A DNA stretch of 64,000 nt from Paragordius varius (Eukaryota > Animalia > Nematomorpha). Numbering within the stretch: the first letter of the stretch is position 1; each line of letters starts with the position of its first letter. Of the stretch, positions 12,755 through 25,900 are shown piece by piece. Where the stretch lies: contig OZ176052.1 in the NCBI GenBank assembly GCA_964247055.1, positions 186,001 to 250,000 of the forward strand, given 5' to 3'. The translations under genes were made by a program, and so were the position numbers. The notes beneath the pieces were generated by a model. That model made no database searches. It was not told the origin of the DNA and saw only the letters and a list, made by a program, of their open reading frames with translations.

Positions 12755-15700
12755 TTATGAATATAGGGTTGAGTGACACCACTAAATATTGTAAAATAAA
12801 ATTTTAGAATGAAAATAAGGGTATAATTAAAATTATAAAAACAAAAGCTACAATTAAAAGACTTATATTTTGAATATTGAAAATTATTTTTTGTTTTGGT
12901 TACAAAATAAGGAATAAAGTATGTTTAAACACTTGATTTTACATACATACACAATCACAGTAGAAGTGTGAAATTATACGGACAAAACGTGAAAATATAG
13001 AGACAAAAATTTTTTTCTAAAAGACAACCATACTTTAATCTTGATTTTTTTTAATATAAATCACAATTACAGAATAGATATGTATATGGTAACACAATCA
13101 ATTACATACATATTTTACAATTGTTATTGAATGATTTAAATAGGAAAATTAAGGTTTAGAAAGTATGGTTGTCTTTTCGAAAAAAAATATTTGTCTTTAT
13201 ATTTTCACGTTTTGTCCGTATAATTTCAATTTTTATATTTTTACATTTTGTCCGTAGTATAATTTTAATTTTTAATGTAAAATAATTTATATGGGTAAAA
13301 TCGGATCAATAATATTTTCTCCTAACAAAAAAATTTTTTAATCTTTTACTTTTATAAATTTTATAGTCAATAATTGTTATTAAATAAAAAAACCAAACCT
13401 CATCTAAATCACATTCTGCCAAGCCATCTTCGGTGCAATAAGCTCGGAATTTCTCAATCATTCCTTTCAGTTTTATGGCGCACATAATAAAATCGTTAAA
13501 GGTAATCTACAAGAAAAATTCATACATACAGTAAAAATATGAAATTATACGGACAAAACGTAAAAATATAAAGACAAAAACTTTTGTAAGGCACAAAACT
13601 TAATTTATCCTAAACAAAACATATAATTACAATCGTAAAATACAAAATTGAATGTGTTACCAATATACAATACTTTGTAGATTTAAACAATGAGTTGTTA
13701 TATTTAATAAAATCAAGATTAAAAAGTATGGTTGTTTTTTTAAAAAAATATTTGTCTTTTTTTCACGTTTTGTCCGTATAATTTCAATTTTCAAATATAA
13801 TTTTCTTTTAAACTAAAAAAAAACTATTTTAGTAAATTCAAAATTTAAATTTTGCATATAATACCAAATTATCTTTATTGCGATAACGTAAGACCATTGA
13901 TTTATGTACGTTGGAATTTAAACTGTATCCGACTGATTGGAAGGCTTCTTTCATTTCAAACGCATTCAGGGTTCCTGAATTATCACGATCAAATTGCTTA
14001 AAAATGGCCTAAATCAATAAGATTAAAGAGTAAATTTACAATAAGAATTAAAATTATAAAAATTATTAAAAATAATTTATTTAAAAGTAAAGGATATTTT
14101 TTAAACCTTGATTTTATCTCATATAACAAACATATGATTTTGGATTGCAAAATAGGGAATAGAGATATAAATTGGAAACACCCTCAATTTTTTTTTCAAA
14201 TCATAATTGTAAAATATGGATTATGCAAAAACTCAAAACCGAAAAAAAAACATGTTTTTGTAAATTCAAATTAATCTTTTACTATTTATATTTTATTTTA
14301 TACGCATCATATCAAATAACTTACATATATATATAAAAGGAAACTTATTTAATTAAAAAATTGAAATGTGATTTTAGTAAAAATAATTATTACTTTCCAA
14401 AGTTTTATGGATTTCCACAAATCCAAAAACTCTTCCAAGCCTAATTGACCGGATTTGTCGTAATCTTTCATGGCAACCATACTGCGACACGTTTCAATGT
14501 TGAATCCTTCGAAAGATTCTAATAAAATTTCCGAAAAAATGAAAATTAATATTTGATCCATGATTTAAAGTTTAAGATATTATAAAGTATAAAACAAAAA
14601 ATTTTCTATAAGTTAAAAGACTTATATAATATCTATAAAAAAATTTTACCCCCCAAAAAATGGGTTTCCTTATAGTTTAATATATCTATAAAAAAACTTT
14701 AAATTTATATTTTCTTTGAAATATTATATTTACTAAAATAAAAAATATGTTAAAAAATTGATTAACAAAAATATCTTAAAAATATACTATCTTTCTTGAG
14801 AGCAAAATTAAGGATTTCTTGGAGTTCGTAAGGCGAAATTTCCAAATCTTCGCCGGCAATTCGATCGAAATATTCTTTAATGTTGGCATCTTGCTGTTCT
14901 TCCGTTTGAACTACTTCTTGAGGAATCTATAATTTTAAATTAAATTTTAAATTTATTTTAAAAATTTATTGTTTAATACAAGAAAGATATTAATCAATTT
15001 ATAAAAAGTGTTGCTCAATTTTCACTACAATGCACTTTAAATATTGAACAAAAATTAAAATTATAGATAAGACAAAACATTTTGAAAAGTAAAAGGTTAT
15101 AATTTCCATTTTTACCGTTTATTAAATGAAACAATGACGAAAATATTAATTTTTTACTTATTTACTCATTATGTTTTGTCTTGATATATGGTTTTATCAC
15201 AAAACATATACTTGATTTTATGGCATTTAAAAAATAAAATAATTATAAATTATATAATTTTCCAAAAAAATATTATTCTCATCTTTTATATTTCACAATT
15301 TTAACTGTAAGGAAAAAAAATAAAAGTTACTTTTTTTTAAGTTTTAATTTTAATTGTAGCTAAAAAAAGTAAAAAAAAATTACTTTTTCTTAAGTTTTAT
15401 ATTTTTACTTAATAATTTAAAAAGCAAAAAAAAGTTAATTTTCTTAAGTTTTATTTAAAAATAAAAAATAAATTTACCTTTTCCGCCATAAGCGGATTTA
15501 CACCAGTTTCCTCATCGAGTTCATTAGCATCGACTCGTTTTTCGGAAAAGACTCGAAGTAAAAACTCGGCCGCTTGATTCGGTTCAAAGGTTGAGGGCAC
15601 AATTACGTAAGAACCCTAAATTATGAAACATAAAATAAAAATAAATCAACTAAAAACAACTTTTTACATTTACTAAATTCAATAAAATTTCTTAAAATTA

Positions 15701-18700
15701 TTTTAATTGTAAATCTCCTCGAGGTAAGAAGAGAACTTATAACGAAATATAAAAACTAGTAAAATAATTAAATTACAGTTATAAATGTTTAAAAACTTAA
15801 ACTGTAAAATACCAAGTTTTTACGAGTTCAAACGTCAGTTCTAAATTATATTCGATAAAACATAATTTTGAAACCATTTATATACCATATAATCTGTGAG
15901 AGTTTAATTTTGTATACTGCAATACTGTGTATATACAAAAAAATTTACATTAAAAAATATATTATATTATACAATATCTTTCCAAAAAAAACTTATAATT
16001 ACTTTTATGCTGCTTTTTCGTTATTTGAAAAAACTAATCCGTAATTTTTCAATTTTTTATGTGTAACATTAAACTCATCAAAAAAACCAAATAAATGGTG
16101 TAAACTTTGCTAGCTAAAGTGATATATATATATATATCTTTTAACCTCTTGTCCTTTTTATGGGCGCATATATTTTCTAATTTTTACCCTAAAACTAGTT
16201 TAAAAAATCAAATAAAATTTAAAAAAATCAAATAAAATTTGGAGAAAAAATTAATAAAATTTAAAAAAAATAACAAAAATAAATTTAGAAAAAAAGATTT
16301 TTTACTTACCCGAGGTAATTTATATCGACCAGTAATTTCCCGTAAATTAATGAAAGTTGGCGAGCGAGCCACTGAAGAATTATAAGCAAAAAATTGTTTT
16401 GGTAAAGGTTCAATAGTATCTTGGGGTGATTGGACCTTTTTTTTGTGTTGTTCAAAAAGTATAAAGGAGGAATTATAAGGTGACAAAACGTAAAAAACAT
16501 AAAGACAAATATTTTTTTCAACAAAAAAACCGCTGTACTTTTTTTAAACTTGATTTTTCCTTAATATAATAACTAACTCATTAAGTGATATGTCAATTAA
16601 CAACACAATCAATAACAGTAAAAACTGAAATTATACGGAAGGACAAAACGTAAAAATATAAAGACAAATATTTTGCTTCAAAAGACACCCCCACAACCAA
16701 ATTTTTTAAAATCTTAATTTTTCACATATATAAGATACTTAGTTCCAATTTTAAAATATAAAATTTATTGTGTTAGTATTATATAACTCAATTTTACACT
16801 ATGCCATTTAAAATAACGAGTTATATTGATATAAATCAACGCTTTAAAAGTATGGTATAGTCTTTGGGAAAAAAATATTTGTCTCTTTATATTTTTAACA
16901 TTTTGTCATCCATCCGTATAATTTCAGTTTTTACTGTATATATATTTTACACAATTGTAACCAAATATCTTATATAATAAGAAATAATCAAGGTTAGATA
17001 TATTATATTTGTCTTTTTATGTTTCATCTGTTTAATTAAAGTTTTAACTCCATTTTAAAGCAAAAAAAAACGTAAATTCAAACTCAAACAAATTTCGCAA
17101 TCAAAAAAAACTTTATAAATGGCGAATCCAATAGTAACCAGATCAGCGCCATGTTTTCTCTGTTTTCTTCTGTGTTTTTGCATAAGTCCGACTATGCAAG
17201 TGCATAAATTTTCACCTTCGCCTTCATCTACTTCAGTTAGGGTTACTCCATACTGTGGATTTAACCAAAAGGTATCTGAAAAACGCATATTATATATATA
17301 ATTCATATTCACCCTTGAACAAAATTCAAATTCACCCTTAAACAATTCAAATTCACCCTTAAACAGTTTAAATTTACCCTCGAACAAAATTCAAATTCAC
17401 CCTTGAACATTTCCAATTTTCACTCTTGAACAAAATTCAAATTTACCTTTAAACAAAATTCAAATTTCCCCTTGAACAATTAATATTCACTCTTGAACAG
17501 TTCAAATTCACCCTTGAACAAAATTCAAATTTACCCTTGAACAAATTCAAATTCACCCTTGAACAAATTTAAATTCACCCTTGAACAAAATTCAAATTCA
17601 TCCTAAAAATAAATTATGTTTTTTCAGTTTAAATTTACCATTTACAGGTCAAATTCAAATTCACCCTTGAACAAAATTCAAATTCACCCTTGAACAGTTC
17701 TAATTCACCCTTGAACAAAATTCAAATTTACCCTTGAACAATTCAAATTCCCCCTTGAACAATTAATATTCACCCCCTTGAACAATTTGGCTTCACCCTT
17801 AAACAATTTAAATTCACCCTTGAACAGTTCAAATTTACCCTTGAACAATTCAAATTCACCCCTAAGTAAATTATATGTTTTTTAAGATTAAAAATTACCT
17901 ATATTTTTTTTATTTTTTTTAAAAAACAAAAATTTTGTTTAAAACTAAAATAATACACTGAAAAAATTATAAACTATGCCATAAAGATATATTTTATATT
18001 AATAATGAGTTATATTAGCTGCCCGAAAATACATAATTTATTTTTAGAAATATATTTGAATTGTTTAAGGCTGAATTTGAATTGTTCAATGGGGTGTATT
18101 TGAATTGTTTGAGGGTGAATTTGAACTGTAAATGGTATATATACAGTAAGAATTAAAACATACCTATATTCCCCTTTAAAAAAATAATTAAATTGACTAA
18201 TTTTTCCAAAACCTAACTCCCTTTTAAGTTTAAAAACCTGAATTTAAAACATTTCCCTCAACAATATAACCAAAAATTGAAAATTTAAATAAATCAAAAT
18301 ACTCGCCCCTCTAAACTTAGACACCAAGTATATATATATTATCCAAACGAATTCATTAAAAATAATGTTTTGACGTAATTTTATTAAAATAACACTCTTT
18401 AAACCTAAAAAACTCAAAATACTTGAAAATTCTTAACTCTGGAAAATTCTAAAACACACACTAGAAAGAAAATTTCATTATGTAATCATTTTTAAAAACT
18501 CTAAAAAACTACCCTAACCAAATTTAAACTCTAAAAAAATAAATTTTGACATAAAAGAAAATAATTCAATTACATAAATTGAAATTATACGGACCAAAAA
18601 GTATAAATATAAAGTCTTTTCTCAAAGACAACCATACTTTCAAAACCTTAATTATTTTAATATATCTTATTGTTTTAAACTGTAAATTATAAAATAGAGA

Positions 18701-21700
18701 CGTATATTGTTAACACAATCAATGATAAATTTTAAGATTATTATTGAATGGTTTAAATAAGATATATATTTAAAGGTTTGAAAAGTATGATTGTTGACTT
18801 TTGAAAAAAAATTTTTGTCTTTATATTTGTACGTTTTGTCCTTCCGTATAATTTCAATTTTTACTGTAAATAATCATCAAAATTTTCAATAAAACATTTC
18901 CAAAAGTCAAAAAAAAACTTTTTTTGGTTATATGTATCTCAAAAATCAAATCAAATTGAAAACAAATTCCCGCTCAAAACTTAAAAACCCTTTAAAAAAT
19001 TACCCAAAAAGTTTCGACAGCCGCCAGCATTGGCGCCAATAACCCAGCTGTCATTGTGAGTGTTCACTTCCCATTTCTTCTTGGAGGCGCCATATGGACT
19101 GTCACACCAAATCTCGGTACAGGCTTCAGGGGTTAGGTGACAAATCTCAAGTTTTTCAAAGTAACGCATAAAATCTTTCAGGGACATCCTTGAGGTAAAT
19201 TTAAAAAAATTATTTAATCGAGTTTGAAAAAACAATAAACTTAAATAAAAAAGTTTTGAATAAAAATATGGTTCTGATTCTAACAAAGTAACGTATAAAA
19301 TTCTTCAAAGTTTACCTTTGTGTAAACTGAAAAAAAAGGCAAAAATTTAATTTAGTTTAAAACATAATGAACCTTTATTGAAAAAGTTTTGAGCAAAAAT
19401 AATGGTTCTGATCTCAAGTTTTTCAAAGTAACGCATAAAATCTTTCAAAGACATCCTTTAAAGGAATAAAATATTGACAAAAATTTATTCAATTTAGTGT
19501 TTGAAAAAGGAATGAACTTATAATGAAAAAAAGTAAGTAACGCATAAAATCTTTCAAAGACATCCTTTGGGTATAAAACATTGAAAAAAATTTATTCAAA
19601 AAATATAATGTTTTTGGATAAAAAATACAGTTCTGATTTCAAGTTTCTCAAAGTAACGCATAAAATCTTTCAAAGATATCCTTTTATGTAAAATATTAAA
19701 AAAAAACAAAAATTTATCCAATTTAAAAATGATGAACTTATAATTAATTATGTATTAAAAATATGGTTCAAATCCTAAGTTTTTCAAAGTAACGCATAAA
19801 ATCTTTCAAAGACATCCTTTAGGTAAATTTTGACAAAAATTATTCAATTTAGTTTGAAAAAATAATGAATTTATATTGAAAATTAGTTTTAAAAATATGA
19901 TCCTAACTTCAAAGTAACGCATAAAATCTTAAGACATCCTTTTATGTAAAATATTGAAAAAAAGGGACAAAAATTAATTTTTATTATGTTTGCCAATTTG
20001 GTAATATTGTATACTAATTTTTAAACTGTCTTGTCTTTTTGGAGTCCCATATTATTTAAAATAAAATTAAAAATAAACTGTAAAAACAACAAAATTATAT
20101 ACCATTTTTTTGGCTCTCTTAATAATTACTATACCCCCATGAAAATAAAAAATGGGTAAAAATAACCCTAAAAAACATAAAGCAAAGATTACGATTAACC
20201 CGTATATATATATTACAGTAAAACTTGAAATTATACGGACAAAACGTAAAAATATAAAGACAAATATTTTTATCTTAAAAACAACCATACTTAAATCTTG
20301 ATTTTTTAAGTATAACTCATTGTTTTAAACAACAAACTATAAAATATACATGTACATTGGTAACACAATCAATTATATATTTTATAATTGTAAATAAATC
20401 AATTATATAAAAAAAATTTAAATTTAAAAAAGTAGAATTGTCTTTAAGAAAAAAATTTTGTCCGTATAATTTCAATTTTTACTGTAAAAATTTAACATAA
20501 AGCAAAAATTAAACTAAATACCAAAATTCACCATCAGCTTCGAAAACCAGACCGAGTTTTTTGCGTTCCTCAGCCGAAGTATATTGCCATTCAGGTGATC
20601 TAATAAAATTTACACAGGAAAAATTAATTTTAAAGTGAAAAAATATTTGAAAAATATATAATTTTTATAAAAATTACATTTTTATATTATTGATTTTACC
20701 TCTATAGTTGTGGAATACGGTAATCTTAATGTTGATTTGTAACATATATATACCATTTACAATTCAAATTCACCCTTGAACAATTCAAAATTACCCTTAA
20801 ACAACTCAAATTCACCCTTGAACAATTCAAAATTACCCTTAAACAACTCAAATTCACCCTTAAACAATTCAAATTCACCCTTAAACAATTCAATTTCACC
20901 CTTAAACAATTCAAATTCACCCTTAAACAATTCAAATTCACCCTTAAACAATTCAAATTCACCCTTAAACAATTCAAATTCACCCTTAAACAATTCAAAT
21001 TCACCCTTAAACAATTCAAATTCACCCTTAAACAATTCAAATTCACCCTTAAACAATTCAAATTCACCCTTAAACAATTCAAATTCACCCTTAAACAATT
21101 CAAATTCACCCTTAAACAATTCAAATTCACCCTTGAACAATTCAAATTCACCCTCAAATAAAATATAAGTTTTTTAAGATTAAATATTACCTATATTTTA
21201 TATATTTTTAAAAAATAAAAATTATGTTTTAAATTAATTAAAATAATACTAAAAAAATAATAAACTATACCATAAACATATATTTCATATAACAGTTCGA
21301 AAAAAACATAATTTATTTTTAGGGTGAATTTGAATTGTTCAAGGGTGAATTTGAATTGTTCAAGGGTGAATTTGAACTGTAAATGGTATATTTATGTTTT
21401 TTTAGACGAAAAAATTAGTTTAAGATAGTTTTTTTTCCTTATATAAAAACATTTTTCTAACTATGAGTAACAACATGGAAAAATATAATCAATTTTTTTT
21501 GGTTTAAAATTTCAATTGTTTTAATTCAGAAAAGAATAATATTAAAAGTAAATTATTAATAATTACTTATCACTCCAAGGACCATTCCATTCGGCTTCGT
21601 TTCCCCAAGGATTACGTAATCTTATAAGTGGAACTTTGCCTTGATTACTTTCCACCTTAAAATGTGTTAAAATTTAATTAAATTTAGTTTAATTTTATTT

Positions 21701-22908
21701 TAAGAAATAATGTGGTTTAATGGATATATGTAACACTTTTACAGTAAAAATTGAAATTATAATAGGGACAAAACGTGAAAATATAAAATGCAAATATTTT
21801 TTTTTGCTTAAAGACAACCCCATACTTTTTTAATCTTGATTTCATTATGTAAAACTTATTGTTTTAAATTACAAAGTATAAAAAGGAAGTGTAAACTGGA
21901 AACACAATTATGTATTCTCGTAGATTGTGATTAAATGTTTTTATAGGAGAAAGGTTTAAAAAAAATTTGTCTTTATATTTTTAATTTTTTCCGTATATTT
22001 AACACTTTAATAATGGATAAATATAAAATATGGACTCCTGGGTCATTTACAATAAGATTTATAAAAAAAACAGCGCTTATTGATTAATAATACAAGCTGG
22101 AAATTACAAAAAAAATAGATATATTTTATATTTACATTGATAGAACATAAAGACAAATTTTTATGATCAAAAGACAACCATACTTTTTCAAACCTTAATT
22201 TTTCTCATATAAATTATACAATTACAATTTTAAACTATATAAATGATTGTGTCACCAATATACATATCAATTCTATAATTTGCAATTCGAAACAATAATT
22301 TAATTTAAATAAATCAAGATTCAAAAAGTATGCTTGGTTGTTGTGTTTTGAAAAAAAATTTTTGTCTTTATATTTTTACGTTTTGTCCGTTAAATTTCAA
22401 TATTTACTGTATAAATGTTTGATAAAATAGTACTTAATACTATATATATTAGTAAAAAAGCTAAATATTAAGTAAAAAATTAAAAATATACAGACCTATC
22501 GTAAATAAATAAAGACAAAATTTTTCTTTCAAAAGACAACCCCATACTTTTCAACCCTTATAATTTATTCAATAATAATAATCACTAAATTATACAAAAT
22601 TATAAAATATAGAATTGATTGTGTTTGTAATATATATATATATATATATCTATTTCACATTTTGCCATTAAAAACAATGAGAGTTATATTGAAATTAATA
22701 TCAAGATTCCAAAAATATAGTTGTTTTATTAAAAAACACTTGTCTTTATATTTTTACGTTTTGTCCACAGTATAATTTCAGTTTTTACTGTGTGATTAAA
22801 ATCAATATTAAGGTGTAAAAATTTACAATTATTCTTATATTTTTTCCAACTCTTGAAATTATTTTCATTATAAAAAGCCTGTAGATATATAAAAAAGGGT
22901 AAAAATGC

Positions 22909-22939
<31 letters not shown>

Positions 22940-25900
22940 ATACCATTCTGACATCCGTAACACTGTAGGCATGTCCTTTAATAAGTCCATTTGATAATTT
23001 AGCTTCAAAGACATGTGGGTCCGGCTAAAACATATAATAAATTATATGTACATCTACAGTTATTTCCTCTTAAAAAATAACTTAAAAAAATTTTTTTTTA
23101 TAATATATATTTAATATAATAACCATCGAATGATATAAGGGCATAAGTTAAAAACATTTTAAAATTCATTATAGCGCAAAAAAAATCAAAATAATTGCCA
23201 TTTTAAAATATATGAAAATTACTTTTGTATTTTATATGTATTTTGAAAAACTTGAATCTTTTAAATTATACCTCTTTTTTTCCCAGGAAATAGTGCATAC
23301 ATATTTTACTCCTAATAAATATACCAATCTTTTACTTTTAATATACATTAAAAGAAATTATACGGACAAAACGTGAAAATATTTTTTTTAAAAAAACAAC
23401 CATACTTATTTAATCTTCATATTTTTAAACTTACATTGTTTTAAACTACAAAGTAAAAAATAGAAATGTAAATTGGTAACACAATCAATTATGTATTTAA
23501 CAATTGTAATTAAATGTTTTTAAAGAATAAATTAAGGTTTAAAAAAAGTATGGGGTTGTCTTTTGAAAACAAAATTCTCTTTATGTTTTTACATTTTGTC
23601 CGTATAATTTCAATTTTTGATATATTTTACTTTGCAATACTATTAATTTTACCGTAAATTTTCCAAAAAAACCAATTTAAAAAAAACTCAAAATTTTACA
23701 AAAGAAAAACCTCAATTGAGGCCGCCATGAGGGAACTGCGTTGATTAGCTTTGTAAAGAATGGAGAAAATATTGTTGGGAACCTCCTTTAAATCATAATA
23801 TTCCGTAATTCCCCCCGTAAAATCTTCCATGGCTTCTGTTGTACTTCCGCCCTTTAAGGCTTCGTAAGAACCATTTACTCTGAAAAAAAAATAAATTTTA
23901 CATTTACAACTCAAACGCAAAAGACAAATTATTTTGCTATCATATAATGTGTTTTATACAATTAAAGAAATATATGTTTAAATCAAACAAAGTGCCACAT
24001 AAGAATAAAAATTTACTGTAAAACTAGTAAAAAAGTATTCGATCGATATAAACCCAAGAAGGAGAGTTGAAAAAACTTATTTGCTACAATTGCTTAATAT
24101 TTGACTACGAAACATAGTGTTTCTTGATAAAAACCATTTACCCGTTGAAAAAAATTGTTAGGATTATTTAAGTAAGTTTGTATAGAGAACACACGTACAA
24201 AGTCTATTTGCGGCATTCATTAATTTCAAAGATTTGGATGACATGTGCCTTAAATGACTATAAAATGGTGTATATATAACAGACCGCATTCCCAAACATA
24301 TATATACCATTAGCAATTCAAATTCACCCTTGAACAATTTAAATTCACCCTTGAACATTTCAAATTCACTCTCGAACAATTCAAATTCAACCCTCAAATA
24401 AATTGTGTGTTTTTGAAGAGTAACAATTACTTTAGTTTTTTATAGTTTTAAAAAATGAAATTTTGTTTAATATATTTAAATAATATGGAAAAATAAATAA
24501 ACTATGCGCCATAAAGATTTATTTCATATTTATAATGAGTTATATTAGCTGCCCGAAAATTCATAATTTATTTTTCAAGGGTGAATTTGTTGAATTGTTT
24601 GAGGGTGAATTAGACTTGAAAATAAAATAGCGAAATTAACATATATTTTATTAGATTTTAGGCCTAACTATGAGACTATGTAAAAACAAAGATTTATTTT
24701 AACTTGCCAAAATACGGTATTTATCATTAAGAAACTTGTTTAATATAATTTTTTATTTTAGATATTTTGTATAATATTTTGTATTTAATATTTGTCGCAA
24801 GCCTCTAAAAAAATGATTTGGAGGGCCGAGTGTTGGACACCCCTTGGTTTACAACTTACACAGTAAAAATTGAAATTATACGTGATGACAAAATGTAAAA
24901 ATATAAAGACAATTTTTTTTTCAAAAGACAACCCCATACATTTTTAACCTAATTTATCCTATAAAAAACATTTAAGCACAATCGTAAATATGTAATTGAT
25001 TGTGTTACCAATATTAATGTTTATTTTATACTTTGTAGTTTAAAACAATGAGAGGTATATTTTGAAAAATCAAGATTATGAAAAGTATGGTTGTCTTTTG
25101 CTAAAAAATATTGGTTCTTATATCTTCACGTTTGTCCATAGTATAATTTCAATTTTTACCGTAATTTACCCTAATGCTATTGATATAATATGATAATTTA
25201 TAAAATGTTCATCAAAGATGACTTTAGTTGTAAAATTATTATAGTTTTTATCAAAAAAACAGCAAAATTTCCGTTAAAATTTTCAATTATGATAAGATTT
25301 CGAAATAAAAACTTGGCATAAGCCTTCTCTAACAAGGCACTCCAGAATTCATTATTATCGGCGCTATGCATAAATACCAATTTGCCATCAACTGTCGGTA
25401 AACGATCATCTACAATCACATCAATCTATTTTTATGCAAAAAAAATTGAAAAGTAAAAAAAACATTTTTAACAAAAAAAATGTATTTTTTGAGGAGGGCC
25501 ATGTTGATAGTTAATAAAAATCATTTTATTTAAATCACGCCCTAAGAAAATTATATTTGTATATCATATATTCCAAAAAATCTCTATAATATATAATTTA
25601 ATATTTTCACGAAATAGCGATATAGAGTAAAATAAATTTTTCGCGCTTTGTGGCTTAAAAAAATAAGGAATTAAAGAATAGAAATATAAAAAACATTTGT
25701 AACAAAAAACCACCTAAACACTATATTAAGAATGGGAAGCAAGAAAGAAAAATTTATAAACTACTTTGAAATGTTAATCTTACTATATTACAGTGAAAAT
25801 TGATTGTATACAGATGTAACATACCTTGTTTTGAACCTTAAACTTCAAAGCTAAATAATTTAATTTTTTTTAGGAATGAAATTAAAAGTTTAAAAAACTA

